From Buchnera aphidicola str. APS (Acyrthosiphon pisum) (GTDB taxonomy: Bacteria; Pseudomonadota; Gammaproteobacteria; Enterobacterales; Enterobacteriaceae): a DNA stretch of 32,000 nt. This document shows, in pieces, positions 1 through 9,444 of the stretch. Position numbers and translations under genes: made by a program. Every line of letters starts with the position of its first letter. Within the stretch, counting starts at the first letter, position 1. The stretch lies in contig NC_002528.1 of the NCBI RefSeq assembly GCF_000009605.1, positions 300,001-332,000 on the forward strand, read 5' to 3'. Below the pieces are notes generated by a model. That model had not been told where the DNA came from, made no database searches, and was given only the letters and a program-made list of their open reading frames with translations.

Positions 1-78
1 ATATATTTTTTAAAATTTTTTAAGTGAATGTAAAAGAATTAAAAATAATGACTTCTATTTTACAATAAATCATATTAT

Positions 79-501
79 TTAAATAATACTCATAGGTAAT
101 AACTCACGGGGTTGTCCCGTCTTATTAATAGCTACATAAATAAATATTGCTTCTGCAGCACAGTAGTATTGACCTAATGGTTTAGAATAAATTTTTTTAA
201 TCCATATTTCTACATTAATTTTAATAGAACTTTTTCCAATTTTAATGCAATTTGCATAACAATTAACAATATCACCAACTGACACAGATTTTAGAAAATT
301 AATACTATCAACACGTACAGTAGCTACCTTGCCACCAGAAATTTCTTTAGCCAATATTGCGCCGCCTAGATCCATTTGAGACATAATCCAACCACCAAAA
401 ATATCACCATTAGCATTAATATTTTCAGGCATTGAAAGTGTTTTTAACACTATTATTCCCTTTGGTAATTTATTTTTTTCTGACATTATTAAAATGTTCA
501 C
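79..501 (-). CDS. yciA: Acyl-CoA thioester hydrolase YciA (hotdog fold)
   Basis: 140-aa ORF. The segment NGDIFGGWIMSQMDLGGAILA matches the YciA/4HBT thioesterase core. It lies next to yciB-yciC as in E. coli. Confidence 0.85.
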   Translation of the reverse strand: MNILIMSEKNKLPKGIIVLKTLSMPENINANGDIFGGWIMSQMDLGGAILAKEISGGKVATVRVDSINFLKSVSVGDIVNCYANCIKIGKSSIKINVEIWIKKIYSKPLGQYYCAAEAIFIYVAINKTGQPRELLPMSII

Positions 502-522
502 TCTATTATTAGGTTATAAAAA

Positions 523-1056
523 TTATTTATTTTTTGATATTTTACAATTGATATAGATACTTGTTATTAAAATTAAAAAAAATGTTAAAGATGTAAAACC
601 AAAAACTTTAAAATTTACCCATATAGTTTCTGAAAAATAATATGCTATATAAATGTTTAAAATAGCGCAAAATAAAAAAAATAAAGACCAGATAAAATTA
701 ATTTTGCGCCAATAAATATTAGATATTTTTATATCTTTTTCTAAAAATCTTTGTATCATTGGTTTTCTTGTAAAAAATTGACTAATTAATAATACTAAAG
801 AAAAAATTATATAAATAATTGTTATTTTCCATTTAATAAATTGACTGTTATGAAAAAAGATTGTTAGAGAACCAAAAAAAAAGACTGAAAGAAAACTAAA
901 TAAACTAATTTTATCTATTTCATTATAAAAAATCCAATGGATTATACATATTAATCCCGATATAACAATTAGCGAACCAGAAGCTATAAAAATATCATAA
1001 AATTTATAAAATATGAAAAATATGAACATTGGTAATATATTTAATATTTGTTTCAT
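523..1056 (-). CDS. yciB: Intracellular septation / inner-membrane protein YciB (IspZ)
   Basis: Polytopic membrane ORF. From the internal ATG at 1056 it reads MKQILNILPMFIFFIFYKFYDI, matching the E. coli YciB N-terminus [22 protein letters not shown]. The track start at 1080 is a TTG extension, so the ATG was preferred (177 aa). Confidence 0.8.
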   Translation of the reverse strand: MKQILNILPMFIFFIFYKFYDIFIASGSLIVISGLICIIHWIFYNEIDKISLFSFLSVFFFGSLTIFFHNSQFIKWKITIIYIIFSLVLLISQFFTRKPMIQRFLEKDIKISNIYWRKINFIWSLFFLFCAILNIYIAYYFSETIWVNFKVFGFTSLTFFLILITSIYINCKISKNK

Positions 1057-1083
1057 AATATAAACCTGAATAATTTTCAATTT

Positions 1084-1827
1084 TTAAGAACGCAAGAAAA
1101 TCATATAAAATCGAAATAAGTATATAATTAAAATCGAAAATAGTATATTCATACTAATATTTGATATTAAAAATAGAACGTTTTTGTTAATCAAAGAAAA
1201 ATGAGCTAGCAACATAGTTAAAATAAACTTACCACACATCCAAAATAATACACCTGGTCCTATTATTTTTATATATTTCCAAGAAATATACATACTAAGA
1301 CGAATAGAATCTAGTAATCTATTCTTTTTAAAAAATAAAATAATAGGAGATAAAGATAGTATTATAGATAATAATATTCCTGGGATAATTAACAACATAA
1401 AACCTATCTGAATAATAAAAGTAGTTAAAAAATTTAATATAAATAAACTTGGAAAAAATAAAAAAAAAGTTCTTATTGATGATACAATTGATTTTTTTTT
1501 AGGTTCAGATACAACAGAAATTAAAATGATAATACTTCCTAATAATGTGGTTTTACTAATTAATGATTCCATAATTTTTAAAATAGAATATTTTAATAAT
1601 TCATGTTTTTCATTTAAATTCATATTTTGAATGAATTCTAATAATGAGCTAGTGTTGATAAATTTATTATTTTCCATTATAGACACAATATGCATATCTG
1701 GTTTAATAAACATATCTATTAATATATTCATAAAAGTAGCAAATATAGATATAAAAAAAATAGCTCCTATTTTTTTGTAAAAAAAATGATGCGTATCATG
1801 ACGTAATTTATTTACTGTAATCGGCAT
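1084..1827 (-). CDS. yciC: Inner-membrane protein YciC (UPF0259 family)
   Basis: Hydrophobic multi-span ORF in the conserved yciA-yciB-yciC position. The ATG at 1827 follows AAGGA by 7 nt and gives 247 aa, the length I recall for E. coli YciC. The track start at 1863 is a TTG. Confidence 0.7.
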   Translation of the reverse strand: MPITVNKLRHDTHHFFYKKIGAIFFISIFATFMNILIDMFIKPDMHIVSIMENNKFINTSSLLEFIQNMNLNEKHELLKYSILKIMESLISKTTLLGSIIILISVVSEPKKKSIVSSIRTFFLFFPSLFILNFLTTFIIQIGFMLLIIPGILLSIILSLSPIILFFKKNRLLDSIRLSMYISWKYIKIIGPGVLFWMCGKFILTMLLAHFSLINKNVLFLISNISMNILFSILIIYLFRFYMIFLRS

Positions 1828-1931
1828 ATGTATATTCCTTATAAATAACTTTATATGATGCAAAGATTATACATATTATTTGATATGAGAATGTTTTTAA
1901 AACATAAAAGATTACATATTATATAAAAATA

Positions 1932-2741
1932 TTATTCTAATTTAGTAGAAAGTTTTAATAAATGAGTAAATTTTTTTATTTCTTTAATCATTTTTTTTTC
2001 TTGATTTAAATATTTTTCAATAATATTTATTATTGCTGAACCACATATTACACCAGATAAGCCTGATGATATTGCTTCTTTTATTTGTTTAGGATTTGAA
2101 ATACCAAAACCTTGTAATAGAGGGACAGAATTATATTTTTTTATTTTATTTATAAAATCTCTAGGTAATGCAATAGTATTATTTTTAATCCCGGTTACTC
2201 CAGGACGAGATAATACATAAATAAATCCTTGTGCATATAAAGAAATTTTATATAAAAAGTCTGCGTCTGCATCAGGAGGACAGATAAAAATAGGATTAAT
2301 TTTATATTTATTTGCTATATTATAAAAAATTTTTGATTCTTCAATTGGAACATCTGCTATAAGTACAGAATCTAAACCAGAATTAAAGCATTGAAAATAA
2401 AAATTATCAATACCTTGATTATATACAAGATTTGCATATATCAAAATACCAATAGGTAATTTTTTATTTTTTTTACGTAATTGTTTTAATATTTTAAAAT
2501 ATTCAAAAAAAGTATTATTTTTAGATAAAGCACGTAAATTAGATTTTTGCACAGTTGGTCCATCAGCTAATGGATCTGAAAACGGAATACCGATTTCTAA
2601 AGCATCCGCACCACTTTTTATTAAAGTTTCAATAATTTTTATTGATGTTTCTAAAGAAGGATCACCTAAAACTACAAAAGGGATAAAACATCCTTCTTTC
2701 AAGCAAGATAATCTTTTAAATGTTTCCTGATATCGATTCAT
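1932..2741 (-). CDS. trpA: Tryptophan synthase alpha chain
   Basis: 269 aa with the [15 protein letters not shown] motif and a GFGISNP segment. An AAGGAG Shine-Dalgarno sits at 2749-2754, 7 nt upstream of the start. Confidence 0.95.
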
Positions 2742-2759
2742 GATTACTCTCCTTCTTTT

Positions 2760-3926
2760 TTAAAACATCATGTACTGTAAAAATATCTTTATCTCCACGA
2801 CAGAAAGATTAGCAATTAAAATTTGTTCTATTGTAGGATCTTTTTTCATTAATTTTAATGCATATGCTAATGCATGAGAAGATTCTAAAGCAGGAATAAT
2901 GCCTTCTTTTCGAGATAAAACCTGAAATGCACTTATTGCTTCCTCATCAGTAATAGAGACATATTTCGCACGGTTAATACTATTCAACCAAGCATGTTCA
3001 GGACCAACAGATGGAAAATCTAATCCTGCTGAAATTGACCAAGATTCTTGAATCTGACCCTGTTTATTTTGCATCAAATGTGATTTCATACCAAAATAAA
3101 TACCGGTTCTACCATGTTTTAATGGTGCCCCATGTTTTCCTGTGTGTATCCCATAACCAGCCGGTTCTACTCCGATTAAATTAACTTTATCATTAATAAA
3201 ATCTGAAAATATACCAATAGCATTAGATCCACCGCCAATACATGCAATAATTGAATCAGGAAGTTTGTTTTCTTTTTCTAAAATTTGTTTTTTTGTTTCT
3301 TCCCCAATCATCTTTTGAAATTCACGAACAATAGTGGGATAGGGATGTGGTCCAGCTGCAGTACCAATCATATAATGAGATTTTTTATAACTACTAGACC
3401 AATCGCGTAAAGCTTCATTACATGCGTCTTTTAGTGTTCCAGAACCGTTTTTAACTGAGATGACTTCTGCACCCATTAATTTCATACGAAACACATTTGT
3501 GTTTTGTCTTTTAATATCTTTAATTCCCATGTAAATTCTACATTTTAAATTAAATAGTGCACAAGCAATTGCAGAAGCTACACCATGTTGTCCAGCACCT
3601 GTTTCAGCAATAATTTCTTTCTTTTTCATTCTAATTGCTAACATAGCTTGACCTAATACTTGATTAGTTTTATGTGCTCCACCATGTAGTAAATCTTCTC
3701 TTTTAAGATAAATTTTTGTTTTTGTTCCTTTGGTTAAATTTTTACATAGAGTTAATGGAGTAGGTCTGCCAGCATAGTTTTGTAATAAATAAAAAAATTT
3801 TTTTTGAAATTCAGCATCTTTTTGCGCGGAAACAAAATTTTTTTCCAATTCAAATAAAGCTGGCATTAATATTTGTGGAACGTACATACCGCCAAACTCA
3901 CCAAAATAAGGATTTAGTAAAGTCAT
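2760..3926 (-). CDS. trpB: Tryptophan synthase beta chain, with an aberrant C-terminus caused by an apparent 1-nt frameshift near 2800
   Basis: 388 aa with the PLP-lysine motif [13 protein letters not shown] and GGGSNAIG. The final 13 residues ([13 protein letters not shown]) are non-homologous. The conserved [11 protein letters not shown] tail is encoded in the neighbouring frame at 2799->2716. Confidence 0.9.
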   Translation of the reverse strand: MTLLNPYFGEFGGMYVPQILMPALFELEKNFVSAQKDAEFQKKFFYLLQNYAGRPTPLTLCKNLTKGTKTKIYLKREDLLHGGAHKTNQVLGQAMLAIRMKKKEIIAETGAGQHGVASAIACALFNLKCRIYMGIKDIKRQNTNVFRMKLMGAEVISVKNGSGTLKDACNEALRDWSSSYKKSHYMIGTAAGPHPYPTIVREFQKMIGEETKKQILEKENKLPDSIIACIGGGSNAIGIFSDFINDKVNLIGVEPAGYGIHTGKHGAPLKHGRTGIYFGMKSHLMQNKQGQIQESWSISAGLDFPSVGPEHAWLNSINRAKYVSITDEEAISAFQVLSRKEGIIPALESSHALAYALKLMKKDPTIEQILIANLSVVEIKIFLQYMMF

Positions 3927-3963
3927 ATAATTATTTTCCTTGATTGATTAATTAAAAAATTAT

Positions 3964-5325
3964 TTAACCATATCTTAATTTTTGAAAAATTGATTTTATT
4001 TTCTTGTAGTCTTTAATACCAGGAGATATTTCTACGCCGGAATTTAAATCTAATCCTGAGCATTTTAGTTTAGAAGCTGTAATACAATTCTTTAAATTAA
4101 TTCCTCCAGCTAAAATAACATTATCTAAAATATGATGGTTTAAAATAGACCAATTAAAAGATGTATTACTTCCTCCAGAATCAGAGTCAAATATATACAT
4201 ATTTACATTGTCCCAATTGCGATCTGGCAATTCTGATTGAATAGAAAAAGCTTTCCAAATATTGATTTTTTTAGGTAGTATATTCCTTAATTTATCAATA
4301 TATTGTTTATTTTCTTGTCCATGCAGTTGTACACCATAAAGTGATAGTTCTTCAGCAATATCTACGATAATATTGATATTTTCATTTTGAAAAATTCCGA
4401 TCAATTTTAATTTTCTATTTATAGAAATATTTTTTGCAGTTTTTTTAGTAATATAACGAGGAGAATTTTTTACAAAAATAAGTCCGCCGTAAATTGCTCC
4501 GTATTTTTCAGAAACTTCTATATCTATACTACGAGTTAATCCGCAGACTTTATTATCACCAAAAATTATAGAACGAACGGCTGTCTCTAAATTAGTTTGA
4601 GACATCAAATGAGAACCAATTAAAAAACCATTGACAAATTTACTAAGTTCTTTTATTTCTCTATATTTTTTTATACCTGATTCGCTTATTATTATAGTAT
4701 CTTTTTTAATTAAAGAAGATAAAGTACGTGTACGATTTAAATCAATTGATAAATCATGCAAATTGCGATTGTTAATACCTATAATATTAGCATTTAATTT
4801 TAGAGCACGTTTTAATTCCTCTATATTATTTACTTCAGTTAGTATGCCCATATTTAATTTTTTTGCAATTATAGATAGTTCTTTATACTGTATATCATTT
4901 AAAACAGATAACATTAATAAAATAGCATCTGCATTATAATATCTAGATAAATATACTTGATATGGATCAATAAAAAAATCTTTGCATAAAACAGGTTGAG
5001 AAACACATTCTCTTACTATATTTATAAAATTTAAATTTCCATGAAAATATTTTTCATCTGTCAGGACTGAAACAGAAGATGCATATTTTTTGTAAACATT
5101 AGAAATTTCAATTAAATTAAAATTGTTTCTAATAATACCTAAAGAAGGAGATTTCTTTTTATATTCTAATATAAAACATGGTTTTTTTTCTTTTAAAGAA
5201 TGGTAAAAATCCCGTGTTTTTTTATTTATTTTATCTTTAAAATCAATTAAAGGCTGTTTTTCTTTTCTTAATCTAATCCATTCACTTTTATCTTGTATAA
5301 TTTTTTTAAGTGTTGTGTCTTGCAT
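3964..5325 (-). CDS. trpC: Bifunctional indole-3-glycerol-phosphate synthase / phosphoribosylanthranilate isomerase TrpC(F)
   Basis: 453 aa, the same length class as the E. coli TrpCF fusion. ILEYKKKSPSLG marks the IGPS part and KVCGLTR marks the PRAI C-terminal half. Confidence 0.95.
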   Translation of the reverse strand: MQDTTLKKIIQDKSEWIRLRKEKQPLIDFKDKINKKTRDFYHSLKEKKPCFILEYKKKSPSLGIIRNNFNLIEISNVYKKYASSVSVLTDEKYFHGNLNFINIVRECVSQPVLCKDFFIDPYQVYLSRYYNADAILLMLSVLNDIQYKELSIIAKKLNMGILTEVNNIEELKRALKLNANIIGINNRNLHDLSIDLNRTRTLSSLIKKDTIIISESGIKKYREIKELSKFVNGFLIGSHLMSQTNLETAVRSIIFGDNKVCGLTRSIDIEVSEKYGAIYGGLIFVKNSPRYITKKTAKNISINRKLKLIGIFQNENINIIVDIAEELSLYGVQLHGQENKQYIDKLRNILPKKINIWKAFSIQSELPDRNWDNVNMYIFDSDSGGSNTSFNWSILNHHILDNVILAGGINLKNCITASKLKCSGLDLNSGVEISPGIKDYKKIKSIFQKLRYG

Positions 5326-6334
5326 GATTATCTTCTTTTAACATGTTGGCAACATTTCGTATATGTTTATAAACATCTCCGCTTCTAATTTTATTTAATG
5401 CTAATTTAGTATTTTCTTTTAAATTTTCGTATCCGAATACTTTTAATAACATAGCTACATTTACTGCTATTAATTCTTCGTATAATTTACTGCCTTTTCC
5501 TTTCATTATTTCTTTAATAATATGATAATTTTCTTCTAAAGAATTAATTTTTAAAATTTTTTTAGGATGCATTTTTAAGCCAAAACTTTCCGGCTGAAGT
5601 TGATATGATATAATTTTTTTATTTAATAACTCAGAAACATATGTTGTTCCATATAAAGTAACTTCATCTGTGTTATCACTATGTAAAACAATTGCTCTTT
5701 TATATTGTAAATTTTTTAAAATATTAACTGCAATATTTATTAGATTTTTATTATATACACCAATGACAGAAAGAGGAGGTGTTGCAGGATTTAGAAAAGG
5801 ACCTAAAAAATTAAAAATAGTTTTAGTCTTTAAATCTGTACGAACATTATTAGAATATTTAAAACCGTCATGATATTTAGGTGCAAATAAAAAACAAATG
5901 TTTAATTGATCTAAAGTTTTACGAGATTTTTCTGGAGATGCATTTAGATTTATATTGAATTTTTCTAAAATATCAGAAGAGCCTGATTTACTAGAAATTC
6001 TTTGATTGCAATGTTTAATAATTTTTAAACCACATGTTGCTGCTACAAATGCACTCATGGTTGAAATATTGATAGTGTTTTTAGCATCTCCTCCTGTTCC
6101 TACGATATCAGAAAAAATATAATCAGGTTTTGGAAAATATTTCATTTTGTCTAAAAATGCTTTTATTGCTCCTGTTATTTCTTCGATTGATTCACCTCGT
6201 ATTTTCATTGCTGTTAATATAGATGCTAGTTTTATATCTGTTATTTTTCCAGAAGAAATTAATGTAAACAATTGATAACTTTCTTCTTGATTTAAAAATT
6301 TTGAATCATAAATTTTAAGTAAAATATTTCGCAT
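5306..6334 (-). CDS. trpD: Anthranilate phosphoribosyltransferase (stand-alone, no TrpG domain)
   Basis: 342 aa with the motifs DIVGTGGD and KHCNQRISSKSGSSD. The 3' end overlaps the trpC start by 20 nt. An AAAGG Shine-Dalgarno lies upstream. Confidence 0.95.
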   Translation of the reverse strand: MRNILLKIYDSKFLNQEESYQLFTLISSGKITDIKLASILTAMKIRGESIEEITGAIKAFLDKMKYFPKPDYIFSDIVGTGGDAKNTINISTMSAFVAATCGLKIIKHCNQRISSKSGSSDILEKFNINLNASPEKSRKTLDQLNICFLFAPKYHDGFKYSNNVRTDLKTKTIFNFLGPFLNPATPPLSVIGVYNKNLINIAVNILKNLQYKRAIVLHSDNTDEVTLYGTTYVSELLNKKIISYQLQPESFGLKMHPKKILKINSLEENYHIIKEIMKGKGSKLYEELIAVNVAMLLKVFGYENLKENTKLALNKIRSGDVYKHIRNVANMLKEDNHARHNT

Positions 6335-6450
6335 TTATTACCTTTTAGTAAATTTTTTAAACAAGTTTTTATTTATATTTAAAATATTTAAAAATTTATA
6401 TTTTGTTAAATTTCCACAATAATCTATTGATGTGAATAATTCAATTTAAA

Positions 6451-6483
6451 TTTTAAAAACTTTATTTTATAAAGTTTTTAAAA
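6451..6483. repeat. 15-bp perfect inverted repeat in the divergent trpD / yedA intergenic region
   Basis: ttttaaaaactttat (6451-6465) and ataaagtttttaaaa (6469-6483) are exact reverse complements separated by 3 nt. Only one G:C pair is present. Confidence 0.5.
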
Positions 6484-6568
6484 TCAAAATTTATACTAAA
6501 AAACAAAAATATAACTATTATTTATAGACACTATATGTGTTATATTTTTATTTTTTGGGGCCTTTTAA

Positions 6569-7492
6569 ATGAATAAAATATTAGTGATAATATTATTTTC
6601 TTTAGTTTCTCTTACTTGGGGGACCACATGGATTGCAATGAAAATTGCAACAGAAACAATTCCTCCTTTTTTTGCTACTGGAATGCGTTTTTTAGTTGCA
6701 TCTCCTATATTAATTATTTTAGCGTATTTTACAAAAACCCCACTCTTATTTCCATACGGACAGAGATGGTTTCAATTAATCATTTCAATTTTTTATTTTT
6801 CTATTCCATTTGCATTAATGTTATATGGAGGTATGTATGTTAGCTCTTCTGTAGCTTCTATTATATTTTCCAGTATGCCTGTAGCTGTATTAACAGTATC
6901 ATTTTTATACTTGAAAAAAAAATTATTTCTAACTCAAAAAATAGGCATGTTTATTTCTTTAATAACATTGTTAACTATTTTGCTAATAGAATTAGAATCA
7001 CAATGTTTTTTTCAGTGGAAGGGAATTTTAGCTTTACTGTTTGCTTTATTTAGCCATGCTTTTATTTACTCTGAATGTCAAAAAAAATGTTTAAACGTAT
7101 CTGTTATAACTTTTAATGCTTTACCATCATTATTATCTGGAATATTGTTATCTACTACATCTTGGTTTATAGAAAGTCCTCATATTAATACTTTTTCTAA
7201 TAGATCTATTTTAGCGATATTTTATCTTGGAGATTTTTCTGGTATTTTTGGTATTTTATCTTATTTTTATTTACAACAAAAAGTTAGTGCATTTTACGCT
7301 TCTACTGTTTTTTTAATTTTTCCAGTGATTGCTGGATTTTTAGAAAATTATATTTATAAAAATGCTATTTTATTATGTGAAATATGGTTTATTTTCCCAT
7401 TAATTATTGGAATATTATTAACTTTAATCCCCGTTAATTATCTAAAAAAGATAAGAAATAAAATAACGAGACTATCATGTTTGCTATTTTAG
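6569..7492 (+). CDS. yedA: EamA/DMT-superfamily (10-TM) permease, YedA-like
   Basis: 307-aa polytopic membrane ORF. The N-terminal [28 protein letters not shown] resembles E. coli YedA WGSTYFVIRIGVESWPPLMMAGVRFLAA. Confidence 0.7.
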
Positions 7493-7520
7493 TATAACAC
7501 CACTATAAAGGGTTTAATAA

Positions 7521-8273
7521 ATGAGCGAAAAGATACAAAAAATATTATCTCATTTGGGATACGGTTCACGTCGCAATATTGAAAACATGATTAAGTTTGG
7601 AGACATATCTATTAATGGAAAAAAAATAGTAATTGGACAACGTTTAAATAACAAAAATATTGAAGTAATTACTATTAAGGGAGAAACAGTATCTATAAAA
7701 AAAACAGATTTTAAAACAAAAATAATAATTTACAACAAACCAGAAGGGGAAATATGTACCAGAAATGATTATAAAAAACGACCTATTGTATTTGATAAAT
7801 TACCATTGTTGAATATTCATAGATGGATAAGTATTGGAAGATTAGACATCAATACGAGAGGATTGTTGTTATTTACAAATAATGGAAATCTAGCTAACGA
7901 ACTTATGCATCCAAGCAATAAAATAGAAAGAGAATACTATATTAGGGTTTTTGGAAAAATTAATAAAAATACAATGAATATTTTAAAAAATGGAGTTAAA
8001 ATTAAAGATGGTAATGCTGCATTTAAAAGTATACAGACTATTGATCATGCATGTTCAAAAAAAAATAAATGGTTTAAAGGTGTTTTATGTGAAGGAAGAA
8101 ATCGTGAAATTAGATCTATGTGGCAAGCAGTTCAATGTCAAGTTAGCAGGTTAATTAGAATACGATATGGCAATATTTTTTTACCAAAAAATTTAAAATT
8201 AGGAGATTGGAGCGAATTAAGTTCTGAATCAGTAAATAATTTATCTAATCTAGTTTCTTTAAAAGATTCTTGA
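7521..8273 (+). CDS. rluB: 23S rRNA pseudouridine synthase B
   Basis: 250 aa. S4 domain at the N-terminus (KILSHLGYGSRRNIENMI) and the catalytic-Asp motif GRLDINTRGLLLFTNNG. Confidence 0.85.
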   Translation: MSEKIQKILSHLGYGSRRNIENMIKFGDISINGKKIVIGQRLNNKNIEVITIKGETVSIKKTDFKTKIIIYNKPEGEICTRNDYKKRPIVFDKLPLLNIHRWISIGRLDINTRGLLLFTNNGNLANELMHPSNKIEREYYIRVFGKINKNTMNILKNGVKIKDGNAAFKSIQTIDHACSKKNKWFKGVLCEGRNREIRSMWQAVQCQVSRLIRIRYGNIFLPKNLKLGDWSELSSESVNNLSNLVSLKDS

Positions 8274-8347
8274 AATCATTTTATATAAAAAATTATTTTT
8301 TTATTTTAAAAAACATTTGTTCTATTTTTTTTAAAAAGGTTTATTGT

Positions 8348-9358
8348 GTGAATTTACTTTTAAATTATGAATTATTCTTAGCAAAAATTATTACTTTTAT
8401 TATAATTAGTATTTCCATATTAATTTTGTTTTATACTATAATAAAAAGAAAAAAAAATATTCAAAGTAAAATCAAGATTACTTTATTACAAGATAATTAT
8501 AAAAATGTAAAAAATAAAATTTTATTATCTACAATGAAAAATGTTGAAAAAAAAATATGGTTTAAAAAACAAAAAGAAAAAAATAAAAAGGAACTATTAC
8601 TTAAAAATAACAAGAAAAAATTGTTTGTATTAGATTTTAAAGGCGATGTTTATGCAAACGAAGTTGTTGGATTGAGAGAAGAAATATCTGCTATTCTTTT
8701 AGTAGCAAACAAACATGATGAAGTATTATTGAGACTAGAAAGCTCGGGAGGTGTAATTCATGGATACGGCCTAGCAGCATCTCAGTTAAATAGATTACGT
8801 CAAAAAGGAATACGTTTAATTGTTTCTGTAGATAAAATTGCAGCAAGTGGAGGATATATGATGGCATGTGTTGCAGATTATATTGTTTCAGCGCCATTTG
8901 CGATAATAGGTTCGATTGGAGTAGTCGGTCAAATACCTAATTTCAATAAGTTATTAAAAAAATGTAATATAGATTTTGAACTTCATACAGCTGGAGATTA
9001 TAAACGTACTTTAACAATGTTTGGAAACAATACTGAATCTACACGTAAGAAATTCTGTGATGAGTTAAATACAACACATAAACTTTTTAAGAGTTTTATT
9101 AAAGAAATGAGGCCATCTCTAGATATTGAAGACGTTTCTAATGGAGAACACTGGTTTGGAACTATTGCTTTAGAAAAAAAATTAGTAGACCAAATTGGGA
9201 CAAGTGATGATATCTTAATATCTAAAATGGAAGAATACACTTTGTTAAGAATTCAATATATTTATAGAAAAAAAATATTAGAACGTTTTACTGCTTCAGT
9301 AACACATAATCTCAGTGAAACGTTACTAAAAATATTTTTTTATAAAAATTATTTATAG
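8348..9358 (+). CDS. sohB: S49-family inner-membrane peptidase SohB
   Basis: IAASGGYMMACVADYIV is the S49 active-site region. The GTG at 8348 follows AAAGG at about 7 nt and gives VNLLLNYELFLAKI, aligned with the E. coli SohB N-terminus ...EYGLFLAKIV. The track start at 8270 is a TTG inside the rluB stop region. Confidence 0.85.
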   Translation: MNLLLNYELFLAKIITFIIISISILILFYTIIKRKKNIQSKIKITLLQDNYKNVKNKILLSTMKNVEKKIWFKKQKEKNKKELLLKNNKKKLFVLDFKGDVYANEVVGLREEISAILLVANKHDEVLLRLESSGGVIHGYGLAASQLNRLRQKGIRLIVSVDKIAASGGYMMACVADYIVSAPFAIIGSIGVVGQIPNFNKLLKKCNIDFELHTAGDYKRTLTMFGNNTESTRKKFCDELNTTHKLFKSFIKEMRPSLDIEDVSNGEHWFGTIALEKKLVDQIGTSDDILISKMEEYTLLRIQYIYRKKILERFTASVTHNLSETLLKIFFYKNYL

Positions 9359-9444
9359 TTTTCAAAATAAATACAATTTAAATATTCTTATGCGATATCA
9401 ATATTTTTTTCAATCTAAATTAATGTAATTTACTGGATAGAAAA

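Noticed and set aside
4631-4939. 102-aa plus-strand ORF inside trpC. The same class includes 5670-5873, 6616-6843, 8691-8897, 8998-9240, 11088-11330, 11574-11759, 12444-12701 and 27040-27318.
   Set aside because: Each lies wholly inside and antisense to, or out of frame with, a well-supported conserved gene. Their compositions are low-complexity and rich in Phe, Ile, Leu and Lys. None has a recognisable motif or a Shine-Dalgarno. They are shadow ORFs.
6411-6419. DnaA-box-like atttccaca in the trpD-yedA spacer.
   Set aside because: It matches TTATCCACA at only 7 of 9 positions, occurs once, and has no origin-like context.
8270-8347. Track start of sohB at a TTG overlapping the rluB stop. Similar N-terminal extensions occur at yciB (1057-1080), yciC (1828-1863) and gapA (28764-28775).
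   Set aside because: The extensions have no homology to orthologue N-termini. Internal ATG or GTG starts give E. coli-like N-termini and lengths, and in most cases are preceded by purine-rich Shine-Dalgarno-like sequences.
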